Shown here in pieces: positions 55,228-64,000 of a DNA stretch of 64,000 nucleotides. The notes beneath the pieces are model-generated. The model was not told where the DNA came from and ran no database searches. It saw only the letters and a program-made list of their open reading frames with translations. The position numbers and the translations under genes are program-made. Every line of letters begins with the position of its first letter. Position 1 is the first letter of the stretch. This stretch comes from Patescibacteria group bacterium (lineage in GTDB: Bacteria; Patescibacteriota; Patescibacteriia; Patescibacteriales; JBAZCA01): assembly GCA_041661405.1 (NCBI GenBank), contig JBAZUL010000002.1, forward strand, positions 3,715-67,714, written 5' to 3'.

Positions 55228-58200
55228 TTATATATCCATCTTACCCTTAGGCATATACTCCCGCCAGGACTTAATTTCCAGGTCGTCAAGCGATTTTTCG
55301 GTAAGGGCTTTTATAAAGGAGCGGGCTAATTGCAAATCCGTAAAAAGCGGGATATGCGAATCAACCGCGGCTCGGCGGATAAGATAGCCGTCGGTAACTT
55401 CGCCGCCGACTTTTTTTACTTTTTCGCCGTTCTGTTCGCTCAGGTTAATAACAAAGGCGACTTTTTTTTCATTGATCAGGTCAATGACACTGGGCATCTT
55501 TCCGTCGTTCAGTTTGTAAACTATTTCAGCCGGAATCTCGCGCTCTTTTAAGAAATCATAAGTCGCGCCGGTGGCGTAGAGTTTATAGCCGGCGTCGGAG
55601 AGGAGTTTAGTAGCTTCAAAAAGCCTGCGTTTATTAACCGGGCCGCCGAGAGTTAAAAGGGCGGATTTTTTTTCAGTCAGGTTGTTGGAAGCGAGAATGG
55701 CTTTTAAGAGGGCTTCGCCGAGATCAGCGCCGAAAGCGGCGACTTCGCCGGTTGAAGACATCTCAACTTTTAAGACCGGGTCGGCGCCAGCGAGGCGGGC
55801 AAAAGAAAACTGGGGCGATTTTACGGCTACGTGATCCGGATAAGAAAGCCGAACCGGCGATCCTTTCTTGTAAAAAGAGTCAACAATCAGGCGGGCGAAA
55901 TTAACTCCCGAGGCTTTTGAAATAAAAGGCAGGGTGCGGCTCGCGCGCAAATTTATTTCTATAACGTAAACTTTGTTTTCTTTAACGAGAAACTGAATAT
56001 TATACGGGCCGGTGATGTTTAAGGATTTGGCCAGCTTGCGGCTCGTACTTTTTATTTCTTCCTCGGTTGAAGAAAAGACTTTTTGAGTCGGGTATGCGAT
56101 AGTGGCGTCGCCGGAGTGGACGCCGGCGTTTTCCAGGTGTTCGGAAATTGCGTAAACGAGCGTAACCCCGTCCTGAGCCACGGCGTCGTATTCTATCTCT
56201 TTGGCGTTAACCATGAATTTTGACACGGTAACCGAATATTTTTTCGCCGTGAGCCCCAAGGCTTTTTCCACGAAATTTTCAATGTCAGCGTCGTTAAAGC
56301 AAACGCTCATGGCCGAGCCGGAAAGGACATAAGACGGCCGGACGAGAACCGGATAATCCACCTTGGCGGCGAAAGTTTTCGCTTCGGCGATTGAAGCGCA
56401 ATTGGCCCATTCGGGCTGGGGGATGGAAAGCTCGTCGCAGAGCGCGGAAAATTTTCCCCGGTCTTCGGCCCGGTTTATGTTTTCGGGCGCGGTGCCTAAG
56501 ATTGGCACTTTATTTTCATGGAGTTTTCCCGCGAGATTATTCGGGCGCTGGCCGCCGACGGAGATCGCGACGCCGCCGGATTTTTCAAAATCATAAATGT
56601 CCAGCACGGTTTCAAGATTCAGGTCTTCAAAGTAAAGCCGGTCAGACATGTCATAATCGGTAGAAACGGTTTCCGGATTACAGTTGACGATGATTGATTT
56701 TTTCCGGTATTTCTTTAAAGAAAGGGCGGTATTGACGCAGGACCAGTCAAACTCAACCGAAGAGCCGATATGGTAAGGGCCGGAGCCTAAAACCATGACC
56801 GAGTTTTTGCCGAGCGGTTTAACGTCATTATGCGAGCCGTGGTAAGTAAGATAAAGGTAGTTGGTTTTGGCCGGCGCTTCGCCCGCCAGAGTATCAATCT
56901 GGAAAACCGAAGGCGTTATTTTCAGTTTTTTTCTTAAGTACCGGACTTCGGCTTCGGTTTTTCCCGCGAGCTTGCCGATAATTTTATCCGAAATTCCAGC
57001 TTGCTTGGATTTTAAGAGGCTCTCTTTATCAAGTTTTTTCTTTTCGCCGAGTTCTTTTTCAATCTCTACGATATTTTTCAGGCGATAAAGGAACCAGGGG
57101 TCAATGCCGGTCATCTCATGAATTTTCTCCGCGTCCATCCCGCGCTTAAAGCCTTCAGCTAAAGCGAAAATTCTTTTCGGGGTCGGGATTTTAATCCATC
57201 TTTCCAGATCAGGCGTTGCCGTATTAAAACCGGCGTAAGAGATGCCCCGGGCTTTTGAAGCGAGCATGCGCACGGCCTTCTGCAAGGCTTCTTCAAAGGA
57301 GCGGCCGATAGCCATCACTTCGCCGACCGATTTCATGGCCGAACCGATAGTTTCTTCGGCGCCGGAAAATTTTTCTAAATCCCAGCGCGGAATTTTTACG
57401 GCGACGTAATCAAGAGCCGGTTCAAAAAAGCTCTGCGTAATTTTGGTCACCTGGTTTTTAACTTTGTTCAGGGTGATGCCGAGCGCCAGTTTGGCGGCGA
57501 CGTAAGCTAAAGGGTAGCCCGTGGCCTTGGATGCCAATGCCGATGAACGCGAAAGTCTGGCGTTTACCTCTATGACATAATATTCAATTTTTGTATTTAG
57601 TATTTTGTATTTTGTATTTTGTATTTGTTCTTGATTTTGTCCCTTACTTTGCATGAGATCAGTATTCGGATTTTTCGGTTTTGGGTTTAGAGCAAATTGA
57701 ACATTACACTCGCCCACGATGCCAAGACTTTGGACTATTTTAATAGAGATCTGTCTTAGAGCGTGATACTCGTCATTAGTTAAAGTCTGCGAAGGCGCGA
57801 CCACTATGGATTCGCCGGTATGGATGCCCAAAGGATCCATGTTTTCCATATTGCAGACCGTAACGCAGTTGCCGGCCGAGTCGCGAACCACTTCGTACTC
57901 AATTTCTTTGAAATGATGGAGATATTTTTCAACTAAAACTTGCGGAGAGACAGCCAGAGCGGCGGAAACAATTTCAATAAGCTGTTTTTCATCATAAGCC
58001 ACGCCGGATTTTTGTCCGCCCAAAGTAAAGGCGGCCCGAACCATCACCGGATAGCTGATTTTTTCGGCTATGGCTTTTGCCTGTTCCAGTGTTCCGCAGG
58101 CTTCGCTCGGAGGCACGCTTACATTCATGCCGCGCAGATGGTCGGCGAATTTTTGCCGGTCTTCGGTAAGCTCAATAGCCGAAACCGGGGTGCCTAAAAC

Positions 58201-58710
58201 TTTTACCCCGTATCTTTTTAAGATGCCCTTGTCGTATAATTCCAGGCCGCAGTTTAAGGCCGTCTGGCCGCCGAAAGATAAAAGTATGCCGTCGGGTTTT
58301 TCTTTGGCGATTATTTTTTCCACGAAATAAGGCGTGACCGGCAGGAAATATATCTCGTCGGCGAGAAGCGGGGAAGTCTGGATTGTAGCAATATTGGGAT
58401 TAACTAAAACTGTTTTAATCCCTTCCTCTTTTAAAGCTTTCAGGCCTTGCGAACCCGAATAATCAAATTCTCCGGCTTCGCCGATTTTTAGGGCGCCGGA
58501 ACCAAGGACTAAGACTTTTTTTATTTTGTAGGACTTCCGCGCCAGTCGCCCGTCGGCGGGCAAAGCCCGCCCTCTGGCGACTTTTTGGCCAATTTCTTCG
58601 TTGGAACCTCCGCTTGGGCCTCGCCGTAGATGGACTACGCCGTCGGCCCAATGCTCGGTTCCGCCTTGAACTTGGCTCAAACGCGAAAGTCCTATTTTCT
58701 TTGATTTCAT
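55228..58710 (-). CDS. carB: Carbamoyl-phosphate synthase large subunit, with a 63-aa atypical N-terminal extension and an internal about 33-aa low-complexity insert
   Basis: Duplicated ATP-grasp halves (VLVLGSGALKIGEAGEFDYSG ... VMVLGSGPYHIGSSVEFDWS) and an MGS-like C-terminus. 1160 aa. The N-terminal 63 codons coincide with the GC-rich repeat element. The insert is encoded by a heptanucleotide array. Confidence 0.9.
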   Translation of the reverse strand: MKSKKIGLSRLSQVQGGTEHWADGVVHLRRGPSGGSNEEIGQKVARGRALPADGRLARKSYKIKKVLVLGSGALKIGEAGEFDYSGSQGLKALKEEGIKTVLVNPNIATIQTSPLLADEIYFLPVTPYFVEKIIAKEKPDGILLSFGGQTALNCGLELYDKGILKRYGVKVLGTPVSAIELTEDRQKFADHLRGMNVSVPPSEACGTLEQAKAIAEKISYPVMVRAAFTLGGQKSGVAYDEKQLIEIVSAALAVSPQVLVEKYLHHFKEIEYEVVRDSAGNCVTVCNMENMDPLGIHTGESIVVAPSQTLTNDEYHALRQISIKIVQSLGIVGECNVQFALNPKPKNPNTDLMQSKGQNQEQIQNTKYKILNTKIEYYVIEVNARLSRSSALASKATGYPLAYVAAKLALGITLNKVKNQVTKITQSFFEPALDYVAVKIPRWDLEKFSGAEETIGSAMKSVGEVMAIGRSFEEALQKAVRMLASKARGISYAGFNTATPDLERWIKIPTPKRIFALAEGFKRGMDAEKIHEMTGIDPWFLYRLKNIVEIEKELGEKKKLDKESLLKSKQAGISDKIIGKLAGKTEAEVRYLRKKLKITPSVFQIDTLAGEAPAKTNYLYLTYHGSHNDVKPLGKNSVMVLGSGPYHIGSSVEFDWSCVNTALSLKKYRKKSIIVNCNPETVSTDYDMSDRLYFEDLNLETVLDIYDFEKSGGVAISVGGQRPNNLAGKLHENKVPILGTAPENINRAEDRGKFSALCDELSIPQPEWANCASIAEAKTFAAKVDYPVLVRPSYVLSGSAMSVCFNDADIENFVEKALGLTAKKYSVTVSKFMVNAKEIEYDAVAQDGVTLVYAISEHLENAGVHSGDATIAYPTQKVFSSTEEEIKSTSRKLAKSLNITGPYNIQFLVKENKVYVIEINLRASRTLPFISKASGVNFARLIVDSFYKKGSPVRLSYPDHVAVKSPQFSFARLAGADPVLKVEMSSTGEVAAFGADLGEALLKAILASNNLTEKKSALLTLGGPVNKRRLFEATKLLSDAGYKLYATGATYDFLKEREIPAEIVYKLNDGKMPSVIDLINEKKVAFVINLSEQNGEKVKKVGGEVTDGYLIRRAAVDSHIPLFTDLQLARSFIKALTEKSLDDLEIKSWREYMPKGKMDI
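57594..57628. repeat. Heptanucleotide tandem array (TATTTWG)x5 inside the carB coding sequence
   Basis: TATTTAG TATTTTG TATTTTG TATTTTG TATTTGT. Encodes the ...NTKYKILNTKIEY... insert in the CarB oligomerisation/ATP-grasp region. Confidence 0.6.
58510..58693 (+). repeat. GC-rich TIR element copy 2 (184 bp), located inside the first 63 codons of the carB ORF
   Basis: AGGACTTCC...AAAGTCCT termini. Homologous to copy 1. Contains extra nested hairpins (GGCGGGCAAAGCCCGCC). Confidence 0.55.
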
Positions 58711-58712
58711 AG

Positions 58713-59753
58713 TTATATTTTTTTCAAAAATTCATCAAACAGCCAGCCGGTATCTAACGGCCCCGGCCGGGATTCAGGATGGAACTGGACCGACATGAAC
58801 GGCAGATTGCCATGGATTATGCCTTCGTTGGTATTATCGTTAGCGTTATAAAACCATTCGCGAAATCCTTTGGGAATTTTACCGACGGCAAAGCCGTGAT
58901 TTTGCGTGGTTAAATAGCATTTATCCGTTCCTTTAATTACTGCCGGTTGGTTCTGACCCCGGTGGCCGAATTTTAATTTGTAAGTATCGCCGCCAGCCGC
59001 CAAAGCTAGAATCTGGTTTCCCAGGCAAATGCCAAACGTCGGAATTTTTTTCGCCAAAAGTTTCCTTACGTTGGCGATGGTTTTATTCGCCATTTTCGGA
59101 TCGCCCGGGCCGTTGGAAATTACACAGCCGTCAAATTTAATATTGGCATTTAAAAAATCATAGTCCCAGGGGACTATGATGACTTCGACATTTCTTGCCG
59201 AGAGCTCGCGGGCGATGTTGGCTTTGGCGCCGCAATCTATTAAGACAATAGTTTTATTGCCACTGCCATAGGACTCTATTGTAAATATTTTTTTAGTAGA
59301 TACCCGGGCGACGAGATTTTCCTTATTCGGATCGGCGAATTGGATTTTTTCTCCCAATTCAATTTTTCCGAGCATGGCGCCTTTGGTTCTTAATTTTTGC
59401 GTGAGAGCCCTCGTATCTTTAATTTCCAAAGCCGGAATGCCTTCGTCTTTCAGCCAGTCGCCTAATGTCCTTTCGCTTTGATGATGGGACGGCGTCTTTA
59501 TATAAGAGGAAACAATCAAGCCGGAAACCTGAATTTTATCCGATTCCCAATATTCTTTGGATGGAACACCGTAATTTCCCTGAAGCGGGTAGGTCATGAC
59601 GAGAATCTGCCCGGCATAAGACGGGTCAGTAAGGCTTTCCGGATAACCGACCATGCCGGTCGCGAAAACCACCTCTCCGGCAATGGATTTTTCTTTGCCA
59701 AAAGAATATCCGGAAATTTCGGTCCCGTCTTTTAGTATGAGTTTGCCTGTCAT
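58713..59753 (-). CDS. carA: Carbamoyl-phosphate synthase small (glutamine amidotransferase) subunit
   Basis: CPSase_sm N-domain and GATase motifs (GICLGNQILALAAGG, catalytic Cys, HGFAV). Confidence 0.9.
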   Translation of the reverse strand: MTGKLILKDGTEISGYSFGKEKSIAGEVVFATGMVGYPESLTDPSYAGQILVMTYPLQGNYGVPSKEYWESDKIQVSGLIVSSYIKTPSHHQSERTLGDWLKDEGIPALEIKDTRALTQKLRTKGAMLGKIELGEKIQFADPNKENLVARVSTKKIFTIESYGSGNKTIVLIDCGAKANIARELSARNVEVIIVPWDYDFLNANIKFDGCVISNGPGDPKMANKTIANVRKLLAKKIPTFGICLGNQILALAAGGDTYKLKFGHRGQNQPAVIKGTDKCYLTTQNHGFAVGKIPKGFREWFYNANDNTNEGIIHGNLPFMSVQFHPESRPGPLDTGWLFDEFLKKI

Positions 59754-59902
59754 GGGTTCGTTAAGTTAATAGCGACTAGGCTTATGGGCGCTATTTTCCT
59801 TTATTGAAGCTTTTAATATCTTTATAAGAGAATAACACATATTATCAGGCTTGTGAAGACGTGATATACTGAATTTATTAACTGTCGAGCACGACTATTT
59901 TT

Positions 59903-60787
59903 ATGCCGAAAAAACTGGTTTATTGGTACGCCGCCATGTTTGCCACCTATATTTTTTGGGGCACGCAGATACCAGCCCTAAAGGCTTTGAGCGGGCAGGT
60001 TCCGTTAACCCTAATCGTTTTTTTTAGGTATTTAATGGCGGTGCTGGCGCTTCTTCCTTTTTTTGTCATGATGAAGGGAAGGAAGACGGTCTCAAAAGAA
60101 GATTTTAGAATTTTGGTGCTGTTGGGATTTTTGGGGGTGGCGCTTTATGGTATTTTAAACATCTTCGGCATTAAACATACCACCGGCGTTAACACCTCAA
60201 TCATCCTTCATACCTGGCCGTTGGTTATGACCCTCTTCGCCCCCATGCTGATCGGCGAAAAAGTCGGCAAGGGGTCTTATGTCGGGCTGGTGCTGGGATT
60301 TGCCGGACTGGTGGCGGTAGTTTCCGAAGGTAATTTAAGTTCAATATGGGAAACAAAATACCTTTTAGGAAATATTTTGATATTTTTGAGCGGAATATGC
60401 ATAGCCCTTTATACTATTTTTAACAAGAGGTTTAACCATAAATACGGCGGACTAAACGTGACTTTTCTTTCTTTCGCCACCGGTTCGGTCTTCCTCTTCC
60501 TTTTTTCTTTATTTTCCGGCGACCTGCCCAAGGCCGTTTTGATTACCCCGAAAGAATGGTTTTTGCTTTTTTGGGCCGGCGTCCCGACCCTGGCCCTGAC
60601 CTGGATGATCTGGTTTAACGCCATGCGGAAAATTGGCCTAGTTAAAGCTAATTCTTTTTTTCTTCTAATCGCTCCGGCTGGAATATTTTTTTCCATAATA
60701 TTACTAGGTGAAACTATTGCCCCGATAAAATTAATCGGCACTGGTCTCATCCTTTCCGGGCTTTATATTGTACAGACGAGGAAGTAA
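59903..60787 (+). CDS. EamA/DMT family transporter
   Basis: Ten TM helices in two EamA halves. 294 aa. Confidence 0.7.
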   Translation: MPKKLVYWYAAMFATYIFWGTQIPALKALSGQVPLTLIVFFRYLMAVLALLPFFVMMKGRKTVSKEDFRILVLLGFLGVALYGILNIFGIKHTTGVNTSIILHTWPLVMTLFAPMLIGEKVGKGSYVGLVLGFAGLVAVVSEGNLSSIWETKYLLGNILIFLSGICIALYTIFNKRFNHKYGGLNVTFLSFATGSVFLFLFSLFSGDLPKAVLITPKEWFLLFWAGVPTLALTWMIWFNAMRKIGLVKANSFFLLIAPAGIFFSIILLGETIAPIKLIGTGLILSGLYIVQTRK

Positions 60788-60808
60788 ACTAATTTTAAAC
60801 ATAACAAT

Positions 60809-61642
60809 ATGGAGGAGGCAACAAAAATCGCCCTATTCAAGGGCAAAGAAATCAGAAAAACCATTCATAACAATGAATGGTGGTTTTCGGTCGTGGATGT
60901 GGTCGGAGTATTGACTGACAGCGTCAACCCTCGGGATTATTGGTTTAAGATGAAAATCAGGGTGAAAAGTGAGGATGGTATTGAGTTGTCGACAAATTGT
61001 CGACAACTGAAATTGGAATCTTCAGACGGAAAGAAGTATGAAACCGATTGTGCCAACACCGAAGGCATATTCCGCATTATCCAGTCCATCCCGTCTCCCA
61101 AGGCCGAACCGTTCAAGCGTTGGCTGGCGAAAGTCGGTTATGAGCGGATTCAGGAAATTGAGAATCCGGAATTGGCTACCAAACGGACAAGAATGCTTTA
61201 TAAGCTAAAAGGCTACAGCGACGACTGGATTGAAAAGCGGATGCGGGGCATTGCCATCCGCGAAGAATTGACGGATGAATGGCAGAAGCGAGGGGCGCGG
61301 GAGCAAAGAGATTATGAAATTTTAACCGCTGAAATATCCAAAGCGACTTTTGGCATTACGCCAAGCCGGTACAAAAAAATCAAAGGGCTGAAGCGGGAAA
61401 ACCTGCGCGATCACATGGACGACTTTGAACTGATTTTCACCATGCTCGGCGAGCGCTCAACCACGGAAATCCATCGCAATGAAAATTCCCAAGGTCGGGC
61501 AAAACTTAAGAGCGACGCCAAGGCTGGAGGCGATATTGCCGGAGGAGCCAGGGAAAAATTAGAAAAACGCCTTGGCCGGAGCATTGTTTCAAAAAAGAAT
61601 TATTTAAAAAAACTGGAGGATAAGAAGAGACTGGTCAAATAG
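60809..61642 (+). CDS. Bro-N domain plus RhuM/DinD-like family protein (phage-associated antirepressor-like)
   Basis: N-terminal NNEWWFSVVDVVGVL is the Bro-N signature. The C-terminal ENPELATKRTRMLYKLKGYSDDWIEKRMRGIAIREELTDEWQKRG pattern resembles RhuM-family proteins. Confidence 0.5.
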   Translation: MEEATKIALFKGKEIRKTIHNNEWWFSVVDVVGVLTDSVNPRDYWFKMKIRVKSEDGIELSTNCRQLKLESSDGKKYETDCANTEGIFRIIQSIPSPKAEPFKRWLAKVGYERIQEIENPELATKRTRMLYKLKGYSDDWIEKRMRGIAIREELTDEWQKRGAREQRDYEILTAEISKATFGITPSRYKKIKGLKRENLRDHMDDFELIFTMLGERSTTEIHRNENSQGRAKLKSDAKAGGDIAGGAREKLEKRLGRSIVSKKNYLKKLEDKKRLVK

Positions 61643-61730
61643 TAGTTATGATTTCGGGCTTTACATTAAGGAAAAAGTGAGGTAAATTAGAGGAAATGCT
61701 AATTTTATTTCTATGTAAAAGAGACTATTT

Positions 61731-62645
61731 ATGGCAAATCTCTCACTGACGTTTTTAGGCGCAAAAATAAAAAACCCCATTGTTTTGGCATCCGGAATAT
61801 TGGGAGTAACGAAAGCATCACTAGCGAATGTCGTTAAAAACGGGGCGGGCGCGGTAACTATCAAATCAATAAGCAAAGACAAGCGAAAAGGCCACAATAA
61901 TCCCATCATTATTACCTTTGAGACAGGCATGATGAACGCCGTCGGCTATTCAAATCCCGGCATAGACGCGGCGAAAGAAGAATTCGCGAACTTAAATGAA
62001 GTTGGAGCGCCGGTTTTCGCGAGTATAATCGGAACCGCTCCGGAAGACTTCGCCTACATGGCGGAGAATTTTTTATCGGATGAGTATGCCGCCGTTGAAG
62101 TTCCGCTGTCTTGTCCGCATACTCCCGGTTTCGGAACGCTTGCCGGCCAGGGGACTCCTGAGGCGATTTTTAACATAACGAAAGCTATCAAAGAAAAGAC
62201 CGACTTGCCGATAATCATCAAACTGTCGCCCAATTCGCAAAACTTGGGCGAAGTGGCCAAGGCCGCCGAGAGCGCGGGAGCGAGCGCTATTAATATGGGA
62301 AACACTCACGGGCCGGGAATGGTTATAAATTTGGAAACTAGAAAACCCATTCTTGACTTTAAGGTGGGCGGCGTTAGCGGACCGGCAATTCGTCCGATAA
62401 CTGTCAGATGTATTTATGACGTTTATAAGGCCGTAAAGATCCCGATCATAGGCACCGGGGGCGTTAATACCGGAAGAGACGCGATTGAGATGATGATGGC
62501 CGGGGCGAGCATGGTCGGCGTTGGTACTGCCGTTTATTACCGCGGCATAAGCGTTTTTAAACAAATATGCGACGAAATGAAAGAATGGATGGAAGGCGCT
62601 GGCGTTAAGTCGGTGGAAGAGATCATCGGGGCGGCGCATGAATAA
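61731..62645 (+). CDS. pyrD: Dihydroorotate dehydrogenase catalytic subunit (class 1B)
   Basis: NPIVLASGILG, FETGMMNAVGYSNPG and IIGTGGV motifs. 304 aa. Confidence 0.85.
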   Translation: MANLSLTFLGAKIKNPIVLASGILGVTKASLANVVKNGAGAVTIKSISKDKRKGHNNPIIITFETGMMNAVGYSNPGIDAAKEEFANLNEVGAPVFASIIGTAPEDFAYMAENFLSDEYAAVEVPLSCPHTPGFGTLAGQGTPEAIFNITKAIKEKTDLPIIIKLSPNSQNLGEVAKAAESAGASAINMGNTHGPGMVINLETRKPILDFKVGGVSGPAIRPITVRCIYDVYKAVKIPIIGTGGVNTGRDAIEMMMAGASMVGVGTAVYYRGISVFKQICDEMKEWMEGAGVKSVEEIIGAAHE

Positions 62646-62672
62646 TTTGTAATATTAAAACTTGAAATTTTT

Positions 62673-63485
62673 ATGCAAATACAGCGCAGGGTGGAGCAAC
62701 CGATAATGTTGCCGATAAAAAAAATAATAGAGGACAATAAAGACTTTAAGACATTTGTTTTTGAAGGGCAGCTGGGCGCGAAACCCGGCCAATTCATAAT
62801 GTTATGGATTCCGCGCGTTAACATGAAGCCGTTCAGCATTTCAAATCAGACAGAGGATGAATTCCATATTACCGTGATGAAGGTGGGAGAATTTACCGCA
62901 AAGTTATTTGAACTAAAAGTTGGAGAGCTACTCGGCATACAAGGGCCTTACGGGCGGCCTTTTAGCTTTAAAGCGCACGGAGAAAATGTAGCCATAGTGG
63001 GAGGCGGTTGCGGCATAGCTCCGGTGAACTTCCTGATTTACGATGCAATAAGCAAAGGAAAACAGGTTTATTTTATAGGCGGTTGCCGGAATAAGGATCT
63101 TTTCATAAAAGCGGATGAAATTAAATCGCTTCCGGTAGAAACTAGTTTTGTTACTGACGATGGTTCCTATGGCGAAAAAGGTTTTACCACCGACGCCTTG
63201 AAGAGACTTTTGGAAAAAGAAAAGATTGATCAGATATTTGCCTGCGGCCCCGAAAAAATGCTGGTCGCGATTGGTAAAATCGCCCTGGAGCGCGGCATAC
63301 CATGCCAAATTTCCATGGAAAGATATATGAAGTGCGGATTTGGCGTATGCGGACAGTGTTGCGTTGACGATACTGGCTTAAGAGTCTGCCATGAAGGGCC
63401 GGTATTTGAAGCTCGGACGTTATTAGATTTAAAGGAATTTGGTGCGTATAAAAGGGATGGCAGCGGAACAAAACAGAAAATTTAA
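62673..63485 (+). CDS. pyrK: Dihydroorotate dehydrogenase electron-transfer subunit (FAD/NAD-binding, 2Fe-2S)
   Basis: Ferredoxin-reductase-type fold plus C-terminal cluster CGFGVCGQCCVD. Confidence 0.8.
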   Translation: MQIQRRVEQPIMLPIKKIIEDNKDFKTFVFEGQLGAKPGQFIMLWIPRVNMKPFSISNQTEDEFHITVMKVGEFTAKLFELKVGELLGIQGPYGRPFSFKAHGENVAIVGGGCGIAPVNFLIYDAISKGKQVYFIGGCRNKDLFIKADEIKSLPVETSFVTDDGSYGEKGFTTDALKRLLEKEKIDQIFACGPEKMLVAIGKIALERGIPCQISMERYMKCGFGVCGQCCVDDTGLRVCHEGPVFEARTLLDLKEFGAYKRDGSGTKQKI

Positions 63486-63584
63486 ATAAAAATTTGTATT
63501 CAAGAGAATCACAAAATTATATCAATGATATAATCTCATTCGCTCGTCCCGCCGCCAAGCTGGCGGGGCTCGCTCATATCGATT

Positions 63585-64000
63585 ATGAATTATCAAAAAG
63601 AAGCAGCCAAAGCGCAAATAAAAATCGGAGCAGTCGGGTTTCGGCCCGGAGATCCGATTACTTTTGTTTCGGGTTTAATTTCGCCGATTTATGTTGATAA
63701 CCGGAAATTCCCGTTTTATCCGGAAGAGTTTAAAAAAGTGATTGGCGGTTTTCAGGGCACAATTAAGGAGAAAGAACTGGATTTTGACATTATCGCCGGG
63801 ATTGAGGCCGGCGGAATTCCGTACAGTTCGGTTTTGGGTTACGCCATGAATAAGCCGTCAATATTCATCCGGAAAAAAATAAAAGACCATGGAACAAAGA
63901 GCCGGATAGAGGGCGGGAAGGTGGAAGGTAAAAAAGTATTGCTCGTTGAAGACCTGGCGTCAACCGGACTCTCAAGCATTAACGGCGTGAACGCTCTGCG
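63585..64000 (+). CDS. pyrE: Orotate phosphoribosyltransferase (partial, continues beyond the window)
   Basis: Frame open to the window end: MNYQKEAAKAQIKIGAVGFRPGDPITFVSGLISPIYVDNRKF...KVLLVEDLASTGLS, the PRPP-binding motif. The ORF-track call 63494-63697 is in a different frame and is not supported. Confidence 0.7.
   Translation, partial: MNYQKEAAKAQIKIGAVGFRPGDPITFVSGLISPIYVDNRKFPFYPEEFKKVIGGFQGTIKEKELDFDIIAGIEAGGIPYSSVLGYAMNKPSIFIRKKIKDHGTKSRIEGGKVEGKKVLLVEDLASTGLSSINGVNAL

Noticed and set aside
63494-63697. 67-aa ORF called in the ORF track after pyrK
   Set aside because: It is in the wrong frame. The overlapping frame starting at 63585 encodes a clear orotate phosphoribosyltransferase that runs off the window end.
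1-64000. CRISPR arrays, rRNA genes, and transposase/integrase genes
   Set aside because: No regularly spaced direct repeats with unique spacers, no rRNA-like conserved stretches, and no transposase or integrase ORFs were seen in this window.

Overview
This 64-kb window appears to come from a small, AT-rich bacterial genome, probably Patescibacteria/CPR-like. Supporting signs are a split transketolase, a class I fructose-bisphosphate aldolase and Lys-rich N-termini. Housekeeping blocks alternate with accessory regions.

- **1-9.8 kb, cell-surface glycan locus.** Nonulosonic-acid (pseudaminic/legionaminic-type) sugar genes: cytidylyltransferase fragment, Gfo/Idh/MocA oxidoreductase, hydrolysing UDP-GlcNAc 2-epimerase, formyltransferase, PIG-L deacetylase, hexapeptide acetyltransferase, DegT aminotransferase, PseB-like 4,6-dehydratase, KpsC/S-like transferase and a WbaP-like priming transferase.
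- **9.8-13.5 kb, candidate corrinoid-capture operon.** A minus-strand operon encodes a DUF4430 protein, a 722-aa secreted alpha/alpha-toroid repeat protein and an ECF-S-like membrane protein. A promoter, ~190-nt leader and intrinsic terminator sit in front of it. The leader looks like a cobalamin riboswitch.
- **13.5-25.5 kb, housekeeping.** holB, a BNR lipoprotein, frr, rseP, an acyl-CoA ligase, a ZIP transporter, the dnaG-rpoD operon and a secreted protein.
- **25.6-33.8 kb, tRNA-Asn island.** tRNA-Asn(GUU) is followed by a low-GC island. It carries a complete LexA-like autopeptidase repressor fused to a beta-class N6/N4 DNA methyltransferase, flanked by two candidate PD-(D/E)xK nucleases. 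Secreted protease-like proteins follow, bracketed by ~135-bp direct repeats.
- **33.8-39.5 kb, assorted accessory genes.** An HTH-XRE/DUF2975 membrane module, a flavoprotein, a GNAT, a cluster of hairpin repeats, VOC and SHOCT proteins, a structured leader and a DUF3761 lipoprotein.
- **39.5-42 kb, second AT-rich patch.** A 2-TM protein, a GIY-YIG protein, a STAS-GHKL fusion and a STAS (DUF4325) protein.
- **42-64 kb, core metabolism.** DEAD-box helicase, cspA-family gene, CapA, prs, rpe, glpX, fba, split tkt, rpiB, an aspartase-like lyase, a frameshifted SAM methyltransferase, pyrB, carB, carA, an EamA transporter, a Bro-N/RhuM protein, pyrD, pyrK and a pyrE fragment.

A GC-rich element with terminal inverted repeats occurs twice: once in the glpX-fba spacer and once inside the 5' coding end of carB.
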